Assembly: GCA_965112155.1 (NCBI GenBank)
Contig: OZ218098.1
DNA: 64,000 nt
Origin: Podarcis liolepis
Taxonomy: Eukaryota
Reading direction: 5' to 3' (one strand)
Shown here: piece by piece, positions 36,341-50,106 of the stretch
Layout: the number at the start of each line of letters is the position of its first letter
Numbering within the stretch: the stretch's first letter is position 1
The notes under the pieces: model-generated
Told to the model about the DNA's origin: nothing
The model's database searches: none
Seen by the model: the letters and a program-made list of their open reading frames with translations, nothing else
Made by a program: the position numbers and the translations under genes

Positions 36341-36994
36341 ATAAATACTCTTCGACTAGGTCCAGTTATCTGTTGGACTCTGTTGTTTTACGACTTCTGA
36401 AGTATCAGATGGGCTTTAAAAATTTAGAAAAGAATATCAACATTTCAGGGATCTGAAAGATGGCAGGTGAGGGCATACCAGCACATGCTGGTATTAAAGA
36501 AACTTAATGCAAAACCTCTTATACAGAATATAACACACACAAAGGTAATGCATTTTTTAAAATAAAAAACACACCACCACCTTTTCTATTTATGAATACA
36601 CCTACCCCCTTCATGGCAGCAAGACACTTGGAAATGCAACAGCAGTCTTCAAAGTCACCCAACACATTGTTATGTACAGCACTGTATTCTTACATATTTC
36701 TTGCTGTGCATGTTATCCATAATCAAACAACGGCAACATTAATTATTAGGTCTGGCTTACTGTGTAGTCATAGACTACTATGACTGGATCTCATGAGATT
36801 AAAGACATCACAGAATGTGTTCTAAAGTGACAACCAGGGCAGACGTGACTTTCTGAGGGTCAAACTGCACATTATGAACAAGTTTTTAAATGCATTTTTC
36901 TTATACAAAAGTCAACATGGAGGGTGGGTAACATGGACTGAAACTTTAGTACATGGGGGGGGGGCGCTAATTCTTCCCTACCCATTCATTATTT

Positions 36995-36995
<1 letters not shown>

Positions 36996-37025
<30 letters not shown>
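36996..37025. repeat. (CA)15 microsatellite
   Basis: Perfect run. Confidence 0.97.
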
Positions 37026-37026
<1 letters not shown>

Positions 37027-37559
37027 CCCACAACACTTACCTACTGATAATAAAAATAAAATTAAAAATAATAAAAAGCTTTTGGGAACTTTTCATTATT
37101 GATAACAGCTGCACAAAGTGGGAGCTTTAGAGAATGATTAGGCCCCTACTCCAAACATACTGCACTCTCAGTCCAGATGGGGTGTGCACACTTCATTTTG
37201 AATAAGGAAAAGCACCTATGTAGGCTCAGACTATGTGTTATATAATGTGAAGTTTGATTCTGTTCTATATCATGATGCCCTCAGAGATTACTGGCAGTTT
37301 CTAGTCTGCAGCTCCTTGCTCAGATTAATTTATACTAATGTTCCTGGTCACTTTCAATGGCTTAATCAGGCAAAATTCAAAACATTGACCCTAAATGTTC
37401 TGTCAGATATACTTCAAAAGCTGTCTTGCTCCCTACCTCTTATCTTGATATACACTGACAGAGAATAAAGATGTGTTGAGCATGTCAGAAGGTGAATAAA
37501 CTGCATATTATTCCAATTCATCATGTCTTTGGCATTTTTAGTATGTTTGCTGAAAACAA

Positions 37560-37650
37560 GCCTGTGAGGTAGGGCATTAATATTCCTATTTTATAAATAG
37601 GGAATCAAAGCCCAGGGATTACTTTGCCAAAGCTATCCATCAAACTCATA
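37560..37650. mobile_element. MIR/CORE-SINE remnant
   Basis: CCTGTGAGGTAGG..ATTAATATTCCTATTTTATAAATAGGGAATCAAAGCCCAG resembles the CORE motif. Confidence 0.5.
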
Positions 37651-37985
37651 CGAGATCAGACAGCAATCCACTCTTCCTAACCTCGAGACCACAATCACTC
37701 GCCATAAAGCCTCTACAATTGTTGAGCTGATGTTCATGTCTCAGAACCTCTTAAACCAATGTACAGGTTTGTTTTGAACTTGAACGGAGTTGGTGTTTTA
37801 TTAAAGGTATAAAACTGACTTATTTGATGAAAGTTAGAGAGTTAGCAAGTTAGGGAAGTAAGGAAAAAAATGTGATTTTCCCCCCAATTATTGTAGTAGA
37901 AACTCTAAACTTACTGGTATGAATTGGATGAAACTATTAATTAACCCTAAAGATAGTTCATGGGCTGAGATTGCCAAACTGACTT

Positions 37986-37988
<3 letters not shown>

Positions 37989-38042
<54 letters not shown>
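37989..38042. repeat. (AG)27 microsatellite
   Basis: Perfect run. Confidence 0.98.
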
Positions 38043-38046
<4 letters not shown>

Positions 38047-41000
38047 GTGACATTTTGTGCAGGGGTCTATGTTCTGGTGTGTGTATGCAAAAACACATAT
38101 ATCTGAACTGCCCCTGTTTTAATCACCCCTGTGTGAGCATTCTTACCTTCCAAGGAAGGCAGTGAACCTTTAACTCTCCACCTTGCTTACTGAGCTCTGG
38201 GATGCTCATGTGAGATGTTGTGGGGCCATCCGAGGTCCTGTAAGATCTCACCAGGGCATCCCAGACCCCATGTGAGGGAATCCCAGAGCTCGGTAAGCAA
38301 GTCTGAGGGAATAAAAGCTCTTTCTGCACTGGGAAAACCCACTACAAAGAGCTTTTAACCCTCTGACTTGCATGCAATTAACTCACATGATTTCAATCAG
38401 CTGGCTTTCAACTGTGCACGGTTGAAATTGTGTAAGTTAATCATACCACAAGAACCTAATTTATACCAAGTCCATCCATAGTCCTAAGCTGTGGTCCTTG
38501 AATAGGAAACTGGAAATCCCATATAGTAGTGAGATATCAAAATAATAATTTTTTAAAATAGGATTGCTTGAATATTTGTAACACTTGCCTTATCCACCCT
38601 CCTTTCCCTACATATTGCTGGTCTGTTCTCTGCCTGCTGTGAAATGTATCAATCTATTACACAGCACCCTGTCCTGCCTAGATTCTGTAGCAAAGCTGTG
38701 TTACAAAAATGGCCATCACAATTTCTTTATTTTTATATTATTATTATTATTATTTAAAGGAAGGGGAGAGGAGAATATTTATCAGAATGTTTATTCTCAC
38801 AGCAGACCTTATGTATTATAGAATAATCACAGACATATTTACTGTTTGGATAGACAGTTATGGGAAGTAGGTTGAGATGAAAGTGTTGCACTGGCAATTT
38901 GTGTCCATGTTTATGCATCTATATCTTTATATAGATATATGCACAGTAGAGTCAAGATGCATCTGCCCTTCACCTAAAGAGCTGGGGAGACACCTACAAG
39001 CTTCAAAGGTTCAACACATTAAAAAAGGGCCCCCTTAAATCCTTAGCAAAGGCAAAACAGAGATAGTTATTTAATAAAATATACATAGCTAAAATATAAA
39101 TAATAACATAATATAAATAAAAGATATTCTTGCTGCAGACCACAGCCTGCTTTGGGGGGAGTAAGCTCCACTGGACACAATGGGACTTAATTCTGAGTAT
39201 GTATGTGTAGGTTTTCACTACCTGAAATCTACTTTCAGCATCTGTAATTAATTCCTCTTACAATTTATGTTGGGGGGGAATCATATTCTTTATTGGATCC
39301 GGCTTGAAAATCGGACTCAATAAATAGTGTGAAATGCCATCCAATTTTCAATCAAGTTTTGCATTTGGCTTATGAATGTAGCTTTCCATCTTTGCAAGCT
39401 ACCCAAGCAGTAAACATCCATTTTTCTCATTCTCTTTTATTCATGGCAAACTGGTTCGCTAGTAAATAATGAAAATCTAAGAGCCCATTTTTAATATGGC
39501 TGTCATTCATTCATTTCCGATTCTGCCTCAAACCAATTAGTATGCAGAAGTAAGTGAATTTAAGCCTTAGTGCCACATATATTCTCCATAGTTCCATGCA
39601 TGCTATAATGAAATCATATGCCTCATAGGGAGCATTATAACTTCAGTGCCCCTAATGCTGACAGTGTCATTTATAATAAACCTACAACTTAAAATAGATG
39701 CAGTGTAAGGTGTCCAGGTATCTTAAAGAACAGCAGCTCCCTGCATTGTAAATGCAAATTAGTGAGGAAATGAATGTGCTTAGAAAAAGAAGGCCCATGA
39801 CACACCTTAAAAAGTCAGTTTTAACCCACTCTGCTACAAATGGTATATGACAGAGGAGGTGGCATATATCAAATCAATTTGGAGCTCAGTATGTAGAAAT
39901 GCCATTATGGGATAATATTTCATTAAGTTAAGGGGTAATGGTCTGGCAGAAAAATCAACCATCTAAGATCATGCCAAAGCTATAGAAAACAGCAATGCAA
40001 CTCAATGCGGGAATTCTGATCAAGTGTGGGGGAAGCACTTCCAGAACAGGTTCAAAGATTGGTATGGGATAGAAAGTTCTTATTCTCAGCCTGTATTGAA
40101 AAGGTGTGTAGTGGAAGGTAAAAATTACAGTTTCTGTCTCTGGTGAGCAGCTTCAATCAACCAGATCCAGTGGGCAGAACTACAACAATAATGTCTTTTT
40201 ATAAGCTCATCAGGGTCACCTTCAGTCCTAGTCAATTCCTGGGCACCTGTACAACAAATAACCAATTATAATTTGAAATATAGAGGTTTTTGTGGCTTAT
40301 ACAAATCAGAAATGATGCTCAATTATCATTTTCCCATATATGATCCAAGGATTTCCCATTTTCCTCCTCACTAAGCAACACACAGTGCAATGCAATCCTA
40401 TACATATCTGCTCAGAAGTAAGTTCCACTGAGTTCAACATAGCTTATTATTAAGTATGCATGTACAGAATTACAGTCTTAGGCACCATATGTCTAAATAT
40501 TGATTTTTTTAGTATACAGTAATCATAAAGGTCTTACACATGAAGACTAAGCAAAAATGGGCAACTCAATTGCGGGAGTGGGACAGTTACAGGGCCTGTG
40601 GCTAGCCAGCCTCTCTGCTAAAATCAGGCTTTGTTGAATAGGCCAAGAAACACTTCACTGCAATTTGCAGGAAGGACAATTAAATGCTGCAATTTAAGTG
40701 GGGATTGGGGATAAATCTGATTTGCATTTAAAGTCACACCTGGGGTGAGGCAGTGAACCCAGAATGATGCAGGGTGGGTCAACATGATACCCCAAAATCA
40801 GAGTCATGGGACGGATGGAGGTTCCCTTGGTGGAGTGCCGTATAAAGCATTGGCACACATCCAAAAGACATGTGCATGCTATAAGGCATATCAGCAGAGT
40901 CAGTGAAAGCAGAATTGTGTAGCAATTATGACATCAAGTATTTTATTATTTACAGCAAAAGAAACAAAAGAAACATGGCATTCTGTGTGAGCTCCTTCCC

Positions 41001-43239
41001 ACACATCCTCTCCAGCTTTCTAGCTGGACAGAGAACAAAGAGCGGGTGTTTGTCAGCTTGACTTCTGCTTACACACACAGTGATAAGAAATGAAATCATC
41101 CGCTCATGTGGCCCTCTGCAATAGTGGCAGTGGAAATACTGACAGGGTGTAGGGGCTGTACACAGCCCAACCTTTAAGTCCCCTTGATGGGGAAAAGGAA
41201 GACTGTTTAAAGCAGAAAGGGAAGAGGCTCTCCAGGGCATCTCCTGGCTCTCTGGCCACCATATTGAGGAGGAGACGCTTAGGAACAGGTTTACTTATCC
41301 ATCCAATTTCTCCTTGACCAATGTGAAATTGAGGCAGTATTTCCTATCAGGAACACGCCATTAGGCAGAACGTGAGGCAGCCAGCTTTGGCAGTGAATGC
41401 TAGAGGGTACAAAGTGGCAGAGCTGTGTGTGCCATGCAATCATCCTACATTTTATACAGAACACCAATAAGAGTTCCAGTAGCTCCACCCAACATTCCAT
41501 CACACTTTTCTGCTGCCCAACACTCTTCTACTCACTCTTCCGCTGCACATGTGATGATCCTTATGCCTCCATAGCTATGCTATTGCCTTCAGCCGTGATG
41601 GTGGATGCTGTCCAATCTCCAGTGCTGAAGTCACATTCAGCAGCTTCTGTACTTTTCTAGCATTTGCTATCACAGAGCAATCTCACTGCTCATGCAGTCA
41701 AGGGCCCAATTTCACAGGTGTTTACAAGGGTACTCCACCATTCTTCATTTAAAGCACAAGCAAGAAAAGGTGGCAATTAAGTGATAAATGAGAAGGACCC
41801 AAGACCTGAGACACTTTATTGCAGGGGAAAGAAAAAAGCTGTTAGGCGCCCATTCTTCTAAACATTTTAACTCTTCGGAAAATTAAAAGCATTCCTATCT
41901 ATATTCCATTGTCCCTTGTATTTTTAGTGGCACTGCCAGCAATGACAAGTAGGACTGGAGGGATGCTTTACTCTGAAACACTTCACAGCATTGCAATCAG
42001 TTGAATTTAAACAGTGAAACTCCATACTTTTGCAATGATGAGTTTTAACATTATTCAGAGAAGCTGGGAATCAGAAATCTCTTGTGCACTTCAGGTTTGT
42101 GCTGGCTGCTAACTCATTGCTGTTGACAAATAATAGAGTTTTTGTGCCTATTTAATACAGAGAAGAAATGGAATGGAAAAGTAATAAATGCCATGAATGT
42201 GATATATAGCTTACCCTTTAGGCAATTCCCGTAGTTCTGCTAGGTAATTACACAATGCAACTCAGATCTTTTCAGCTAGAGTCAATAAAAATCTGTGAAG
42301 TAAAATTCTAGAAGAAAACAGCAGAAAACTATCATCACGGGGCTCAGTATTATTGACCCTGCTGTGATATGGCTTATAGACAGCTGTGCCTCTGTGGGTG
42401 CAGGAGTGTATGCCTGCAATGAGATTATATTATGCCTTATATATACATACCCAATATAATTTGGGTCACCACCTTTTCTGGTCTGGCCCCCTTCCTATGT
42501 CTTTAACGGAAGCTCAGTACAAAGATACCTAGCAGGTGAAGCTACATTTTTCCATGATGGGGAAAAAACTCAATTTTCTCAAGTATCTAGTATGTCTGAC
42601 TGCTGCTTGTCATTCAGGTCATTTTGAGGCGGAACCAGGGTACATGCTGAGGATGATAGGCCAGAGAGCTATGAAGCGGAATGGAAGCAAACTTTGGTCA
42701 AGAAACTCAAGAGGCACTCAATGTCTTTCTTGAGGACAGAAATATCTTTGCCTCTGGAATGATCTCTGGAATGAGGAGACAGAAATGCTGACTAAGCCTT
42801 AGCCAAGCTAAGACAATACACGATTGTGAAGAAGATACAGGATTTATTACTCCTTACAGCTAGCAGCTCTGAGTGACCTTTATGGGCCTTGCATATACCC
42901 CAAGAACACATAAGTATTCCTAAGTCCTCTAAAACAATAGAAAATATTAAAAGCCTGCTCCTTAGCAACTCAGAGCAAAGCTTTCAGCTCCATTATGTGA
43001 AACAGGATCTCTGCTGAGGTATGACAAGTGTCCACTATTTTTGTTTTAGTTTTGACGAGCTTTTGCATCTAGATGAGAGTGGAGAGCATAATTATTTTTA
43101 GGTCTCTGTCTTGGATGTTTATTTGCATTGCTTGAAAACCAATTTATGTTGTTTTTGTTGTGTGATTGCAAATCACTCTGAAACTTATGTGAAAGGTAAT
43201 TAATAAATCACTAAAATATTGCTATTATTAAGTAATTGT

Positions 43240-43627
43240 TATGGTATCCCGCTCTTCCTTCCAAAGGAGTCCAGGGCGGGTGACAATAGCCATAAAAAGT
43301 TTTAAAAAGCAGTTTTAGGAACAAGGGAGAGATTCTCCTGCAAAAGGCAGTGACCCAATGGGTACTGTAAAGGATTAGGCAGTCTCTTAAGTATCCTGGT
43401 TCCAAGCTATATAAGGGTCATATACATTAGTACCCAAACCTTGAACTTTGCCCAGTAGCAGATTGGAGCCAGTGCAAATCCTGCAGAAAAAGTGTTTTGT
43501 GTTGACTGTAGTTTGCCCCCACCCACAAGCAGCCTAGACACACATTCTGCAGTAGCTGCAGCCTCTGAAGGGTAGCCCCACATACAACACACTGTATTAA
43601 TCCAACATTCAAATTACCAGTGCATGG
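43240..43627 (-). mobile_element. Decayed L2 LINE 3' fragment
   Basis: Minus strand gives LQLLQN..LLVG..LQDLHWL..FKV..L and PGYLRDCL, which are L2 ORF2 motifs, followed by a terminal CACCCGCCCTGG...GAAGAGCGGGATA end. Confidence 0.75.
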
Positions 43628-45499
43628 GCAAAGGATGGCTGTGACATTATGTAAAATGGAGATTGTTCAAACAGTAAGTCAGGTGCAAAGTTACGTGAAT
43701 GGAAGGCAATTTGTGCAATAGTTTTATGTTTTCTTTATACTCCTATGGTTCCTGAAAGTTCCCACCAGAAGGACAGATACCTGTCCTGAACAAAGGGGGC
43801 TATTATACCACAGTTTGGAGGAAGAGGAGGCAGTGACCCAAATTTGTATGGAGGCAGCTAGCTTTGAGTGTTACAGAAGAAGTGCAATACCAGGAACCGA
43901 AACTCACTCCTACTTCTTTGAATGTGCAAGCATACAGTGCCTTAAGAAGTTTCATTCATTTAAAATAATTCTGCTATATATTTCCTTTAATAAAAAGTAT
44001 TGAATGCAGCTATCAATTGAAAGCAGTAAAAAAACCAAAATCCCACTAACACCCAACAGTAACACGCAGCTGTAGCATATTGTACTGTGGCATCAGAAAG
44101 GGAAAGATGAACAGGCTTCAGGAGTCTAATGGCCTACAGCTGAGGCACCAGATCAAATATTCCAAAACCTCTTTCAAAAGCATATACAGCTCTGTCGGGC
44201 TGTTTACTTCAGATCAAAGTAAGCTATGTATGAAACAATGCATTGAGAGACTTATTTGCAGAGTAATGAGACGGCTTTGCTTCTAAAAAAGAATTAAACA
44301 CACACATACATTAACAGTTCTGGCAGCTTCTCAGATCCAATAATAAATGATCTGAGACACAGTACTGTTAGCTTGCTGAGGTGAACTACCTATGGCTCTA
44401 GTGTGCCATAGATGGCCCAGTAGAAAATGAACGCCATCAGCTGGAATTCTAATCGGACAAATGTGGCATGGACAGAATTATGGGCATATGCATGTACGCA
44501 CCTGTTTGGCAGATTTCTTGGGTGTATATCTATCTCATGGGCCATGCAAAGATGGAGGGGGCAGAAGCTCAGGTGTCTACAAGCAATTAGCTTTTAAAGA
44601 GCAAGAAGGCTCTTGCTGTGCTGGATGTCAACAAGCTTCATTACAGGTGTCAGCTGCAGAGTCTTTGGCTCCTTGAAGCAAAGCTCTATCCCCCTAGGTT
44701 GCTAATACAGTAGCTAGTATATTTATCCCAACTCACATGATAAACAGTATCTTTTTAAGCTGGGGAAAGGGGGTATTTGTACTACAGTGTGCTTAAGAGT
44801 GTGCTAGGCACTTCTAGAAGGACGAACAGCAGTGCCAAGCTTTTAGCCCAAGAGAATCAGACTAATTGGGTTTCTCCTGGTCAGTTCAATGCTTAGGGTT
44901 GCTGACTATTTTAGCAGATAAAAGTCTCCCAGACGTATCAATAAAGTGATGGAAAATGCAATTATGACCTCCAATATTGATTATACTAGTCTTCCTTTTC
45001 TTTTCTCATGGGATTTGTCTTGCAGCCTGGATACCACCCTTACACCTTTAAATCTCTGGTGGCAATGGGAGGCAAAACAGTCCCTGTTCCTCCCAATAGT
45101 TCCTTTCCTGATTCTAGTTCACTTCCCTCCATCTCTTGTGTGGCTTATCTAGAGCTCTGCTTCACACAGCAGACAAGGGATGTGGGGTACCTGTAGAATC
45201 AGGGAGGAAACAGATTGAAGACACTCTCGGTGTCTCTTCTCATACTCTAAGAGGAGATATAAAAGTCTGGGTCAAGGCTGAGAGACAGCAATTCTCCCAA
45301 ACACAGACATTTAACAAGTCTGGCATTTTCCTGGTATAGTTGGTGCTGGGCAGCTATGAAAGCCTCTATATCAGGGCCCGTAAAAGAAGAGGAAGAAGAA
45401 CATAACATGTCAAATATGCTTACATGGTAAAAGAAAGCACAACTTCCCAGTTCCAATAAGCTATCCACTACCTTTAAGAACAGCAGGGGATACCTATCT

Positions 45500-46320
45500 A
45501 CTGTCCCACTGTAAAGTAAATTACATGCTGTATTGGCACAGAAAAGGGCCTTCTCTAGGTGCTACCGCTCTTGCTCAATGTTCTACCTTCTGAGATGTGT
45601 CTGGTGCCACTACTGTTTGCCTTTCAGTGCCAGTTAAAGATGCAGCTCTTTGCCCAGGCTTTTGGATGAGGTTGAAATAATGTGGTCAGTTGCTAATTGT
45701 GCTCACAGTCTCCTGTATTATTTTGAATAGTTTCACTCATTTTCATTTCATCATCATCATTTTTAATTTGTATACTGTCTTTCTATCTTACAATACTCAA
45801 GGCGGTTTACAAGCTGAAGAAACAAAAAGTGTACACCTTATAACAATCTAATGAAATACAAAAATGTGATAATAAAACATAACTTTAAAATAAGCAACCT
45901 ACATCAAAAAATAACATTCAAAATCATTAGAATAGTATTAAATAATAATAACATATAAAAGTTAAACAGAAATCCACTCAACAGTTATAATAAATAATTT
46001 CTAAACTATAATCAACAAAACAACAGCAAGCCACAGTACATAAAATAATACAATACAAACTGAGAAGCAGAGGGTAGGGCAAGGCAGGTAGAAAGAGGCC
46101 TTGCCTGATGGAGTCTCTCCCCTCACAGTTCTTCCTCCAGACCAGCTCCCTTATGAGGACTCCTAGGGTCGGAGGGTGGGGCAAGGCCCTCGTTTTTCAT
46201 TTTAAAAATATTTTTATGGAAATGATTAACACTCTTGACATGATCCTAATTTGTTTTATGTAGGTTTTATGTTGCAACCATCCCTGAAATCATTACAATG
46301 AAGGGTTGGTTTATAAACAC
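45500..46320. mobile_element. Nested old L2 remnants: a plus-strand ORF2 end and 3' UTR interrupted by a minus-strand LINE tail from about 45760; boundaries approximate
   Basis: AGGGCCTTCTC (RAF) at about 45545 and TTAAAGATGCAGCTCTTTGCCCAGGCTTTT at about 45635 on +. TTTGTATACTG..CTCAAGGCGGTTTACA at about 45770-45810 is on -. Confidence 0.5.
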
Positions 46321-47877
46321 AAAGAAATCAATTGAAGGAAGGAAATATCATAAAACTTTGTTTTTATCATCCTGACTGACATTGCATCATGGACTAAACT
46401 AGTGCAACATATTGTTGTTGAATTTGTTATTTTTCCATGGCTGAATTCGCTCCAAAGCAATGTACTATAACTAACAATAAGTAAATTAAACTCCTTGCTT
46501 TATCTGTTATTGCACCTAAATGTCTTCCATTGTGGAATGGAATTTTGTTCTGACACACAATAACTGCTGTCACAACACACACAATAATAATGTGCTATCC
46601 CGTCATTAGCAATTTTGCACGGTTAGGGTAATTAGATTTCCCACCTGCTCAATACTGAGGATCCAAAGAAAATAATAAAAGTAGTATTATTCAGAACCTA
46701 CAACAGCCACAAATAATATAGTTCAGCACTGCAAGTTAAAATAACTGTACAAAGTATCTAAATAATCAGAAATGCTATACACCATGCAATACAGTGAAAT
46801 TCAATTTCTCATAAATTTTAATTTATTTTGATGACACTGAGGCTCTAAAGGAATGATACAGGCATTCCAAGGCATAGATTTTAATTATTTTCAAAACAAG
46901 ACTTATAAAGATAAATAGACAAATATATTTGAAAGAATAATCCAGTGTGGTCTCTGAGTAACTTTAGAAGTCATACATTAATGCAGTAGGACCATCACAG
47001 TTGCATGTCCATAAGCCAAGCCTCAGTGGTGCTGAAGATATGACAGGCCAATTACAGTGTATTCACTATGGTTAAGGGATATTGGTGTAAGTTACTGACA
47101 GCACTCCATTTTATCTGAATGTCTGGTTATTTAAATAGTTTGGATATTCCACAATACATTTAGATACATAAAACTGTAATCACATTATAAAGTCTTGATT
47201 ATCTATAGCCTCTTGTAATTGTATTGTCATAATTACATTGCTGTAAAAAGACTTATTTGCCTACAATAATATTTTAAAAGGTTTAAAAAGTGTAGATTTC
47301 ACTTAGCTGCAATATTCTAAGAGTTTTGGGCATGCTTCTATAATGTTCAGTTATAATGTTTATGACAACTTCCTCTGCCTAGAGATAATTTAATCATATA
47401 CATGCAAACTTCTGAGCTGCAGTTCATAAGAGACACAGTCCACATACACAGAAGACTCTGAGTGTCTGTAGCAGCTGTTGATCATAACAACTGCTACAAG
47501 CACCTACGGTTGGAGATCCTGTTCTAAAATTGTTATTATCTTATGATAGCCTATTATTTGGTTCATATACTGGACAGAGATCTTCCATACACATATCTGA
47601 GATGCAAAATCTTAGAAAAAAATGAAGGTTTTGGTCCTTTCATCAGTCTTTTTTCTTTTTCTCCACCATCATCATCATCACTGATACATGCAAGTGCAAT
47701 GCACCAGGCTGAGAAGTCTTGAAGTGAGAGATCCTATTACTAAGCTTTTTCTTTTGTTGTGACCTTAACTCACAGGGGATGCAGGGCAAAACAGACATCT
47801 TAGGAATGGAGTTCCTAGCCGAAGCTTCTGGTTCTCAATTTCTGCATGTCCATGCACATACTCACACACATTCATCA

Positions 47878-48462
47878 CATCGCTGTCAACTTACAGATTT
47901 GAAAATAAGGGACCATCAGCCAAAATAAGGGACCTGCAGCCTCACCTGTTCCAGGCACTCCAGTCTTCCTGTCCTCCTGCAGTCTGGTCAAACTCATGCT
48001 GGGTAGCTTCGAGAACACTGTCCAACCAACTTTGTAACCAGAGGTTCAACTGAATAGAATCTGAATCACATGCACCACAAGGCCTATGCAGCCTCAACTT
48101 AAGATGGCTTCCCGGCCTGGCTTTGCACTGCAAAGTTTGCAGCAGCACGTGCAACAAAATGGCGTCCAGCATTCAAAAAACCCCTCAGCTTGCATTAACT
48201 AGCCACACACAAGGCATGCAAGCTCCAACCCCCAGTCGTTCTTAGACTTCTTATTGGGTGAGCAACACAGCCAAGCAACACAGTTGGAGCCTTCCCTCCT
48301 CCCTGGCCGGCAGGGAGGGAGGGAGAGGAGTTGCTTCCTTTGAAATTTAAGGGACATCATTTAAGGGACATTTAAGGGACATCCATCAATAAGGGACAGC
48401 AGCGGGACATGGCGCTGGAATAAGGGACTGTCCCTTCAAATAAGGGACACTTGACAGCTATG
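47878..48462. mobile_element. hAT-type MITE with subterminal TAAGGGAC repeats and an internal BovB fragment
   Basis: TIRs CATCGCTGTCAA / TTGACAGCTATG (11/12). Exact 8-bp TSD ATTCATCA at 47870-47877 and 48463-48470. Eight TAAGGGAC copies cluster at both ends. Confidence 0.92.
47951..48028 (-). mobile_element. 78-bp internal BovB fragment inside the hAT MITE
   Basis: The reverse complement TGGTTGGACAGTGTTCTCGAAGCTACCCAGCATGAGTTTGACCAGACTGCAGGAGG...GTGCCTGG aligns with about 20040-20117 (WLDSVLEAT). Confidence 0.9.
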
Positions 48463-49679
48463 ATTCATCATCATCACTTAGCAGCTGAAGATGTTCCTCA
48501 GAGTACTACATAGGCAACTTTGAACTCTGTTCTGTTTTCTGGAGTTTTCGTGCCAAACAGACATGTTCCAGATCTTCTTCTTTTTCAATTTCTGTCATAT
48601 AAGCATTCTTATTCTCTGTTTTCAAGGCATTCATACCCATGGATTAATACCCATGCTCAGTTACTGCATCAATTGCTTACTGAATTGCCACCAAGTTGTT
48701 TAAAGTATAACTGAATGTTCATCCCCCACCCTCCACTAATAAATTGATGATTTGGGTTTGACTTCAATTTTTGGTGTGGGTGTAAATTATTGAATTCAAT
48801 ACACCTTTCTGGATGCATTTTCAGGGCACCACATGGCTGACCAATGTAAAAGAACCTACTGACACTCTTACAGACAGGTGTAACAAATACACACCCAGGG
48901 CAAGATCTCTGCTTGTTCACTCAGAAAAGGAGGAAGCTGTTCCAAGTTGTTTCCCTTCCTTGTGCTCTACTACTATTCTCTACATTTCCCAATGGTATGC
49001 AAGCCTGGTCTGGGGTGTTTGGCTTTGTGAATCACAAATTCTTCAGGTCTTTGACATCCTCTGTACACTAGCAGAGATTAGTACATGGATCAGCACAATC
49101 TCTGTTTCAATAAGGGCATCGGATAAGCTGATTTCACACATTATTCAGAGAACCATTACAACTGCTACTGTTTAGCTCTACAGATCATCAATGGGCATGC
49201 AATACCACATACATTCTATGGTAGAACAGGGATGCCAAGGAAGTCTGACAGGATGCACCCGCCAAAAAGTCAGATATGAATCCTATTGTCTCTCTTAAGC
49301 AATAGCAGAACAGATCCGGGGAATGCCTGACACCACCCAGATACAAATCTGTCCGGTGTCACTTAGTGACTAAACTATATAAAGGCACTATTCACATAGG
49401 GGATATTCTATTCATCAGGATGTTTAATCCAAGATGTTTGCCCTTCTTTTGTTTTGTTGGCAATGAATACTGAAGTTTCAACAAAGAAATATTCATTGAA
49501 GGAGCAATTTTGCAATCATTCATATTCCTTTGCCTGCAGAGTTAAATTAAAGATCTAAAGCTGCAGTGCTGGTGTTAATGTGTAGGCTAATTGAAGGTCT
49601 AATATGAATCCATATACTCTATTGCAAAATTGATAAAAGCTGCCATATTAAAAAGGTACACTTAGCCAATATATTTGTT

Positions 49680-50106
49680 CCCTCTTGATAGGTTTCTTGC
49701 TGAGATTCAGCAAAGAAAAGGAACAAATTAACTACCAGGGCTAAAGGGTCACATAAAAAGGACAAACATTCTTTAACTAAACCATACTCTAAAACATACA
49801 AAAGTTAAAATACTAAAACAGATTAAAATGATCTCAACTTCCTAAGCATTACATCCATTTTCTAAGCATCTGGGTAAGCTTATCTAAGCAAGAATGTTTT
49901 TAGCAGACACCGAAAGGAGTACAGTGAAGGTGCCTGCTTGATCTCATTAGACAGGGAGTTCCAAAGTGCAGATGCTGCCACACTAAACGTGGAATAGGTA
50001 TTACGTGGCACCTGTAGTGGTGTGAGTTCCACTGACTGAAGCAGTCAAATGGGCACATGGGATAAGGCGATATCATAGGTAGACTGGTCCCAAGTTGTTA
50101 AGGGCT
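49680..50106 (-). mobile_element. 5'-truncated L2 LINE 3' fragment
   Basis: CAGGGAGTTCCAAAGTGCAGATGCTGCCAC translates on the minus strand as VAASALWNSL. GGTCCCAAGTTGTTAAGGGC gives ALNNLGP. Confidence 0.75.

Noticed and set aside
42536-42770. Purine-rich exon-like segment after CTAGCAG and ATTCAG acceptors
   Set aside because: Weak pyrimidine tracts, no matching donor, and no recognisable peptide.
48348-48448. Regularly spaced TAAGGGAC repeats as a CRISPR-like array
   Set aside because: The units are 8 bp with irregular spacing in eukaryotic DNA, and are subterminal repeats of a hAT MITE.
48813-49175. 120-aa plus-strand ORF
   Set aside because: No homology recognised, no supporting splice or promoter context, and composition like random translation.
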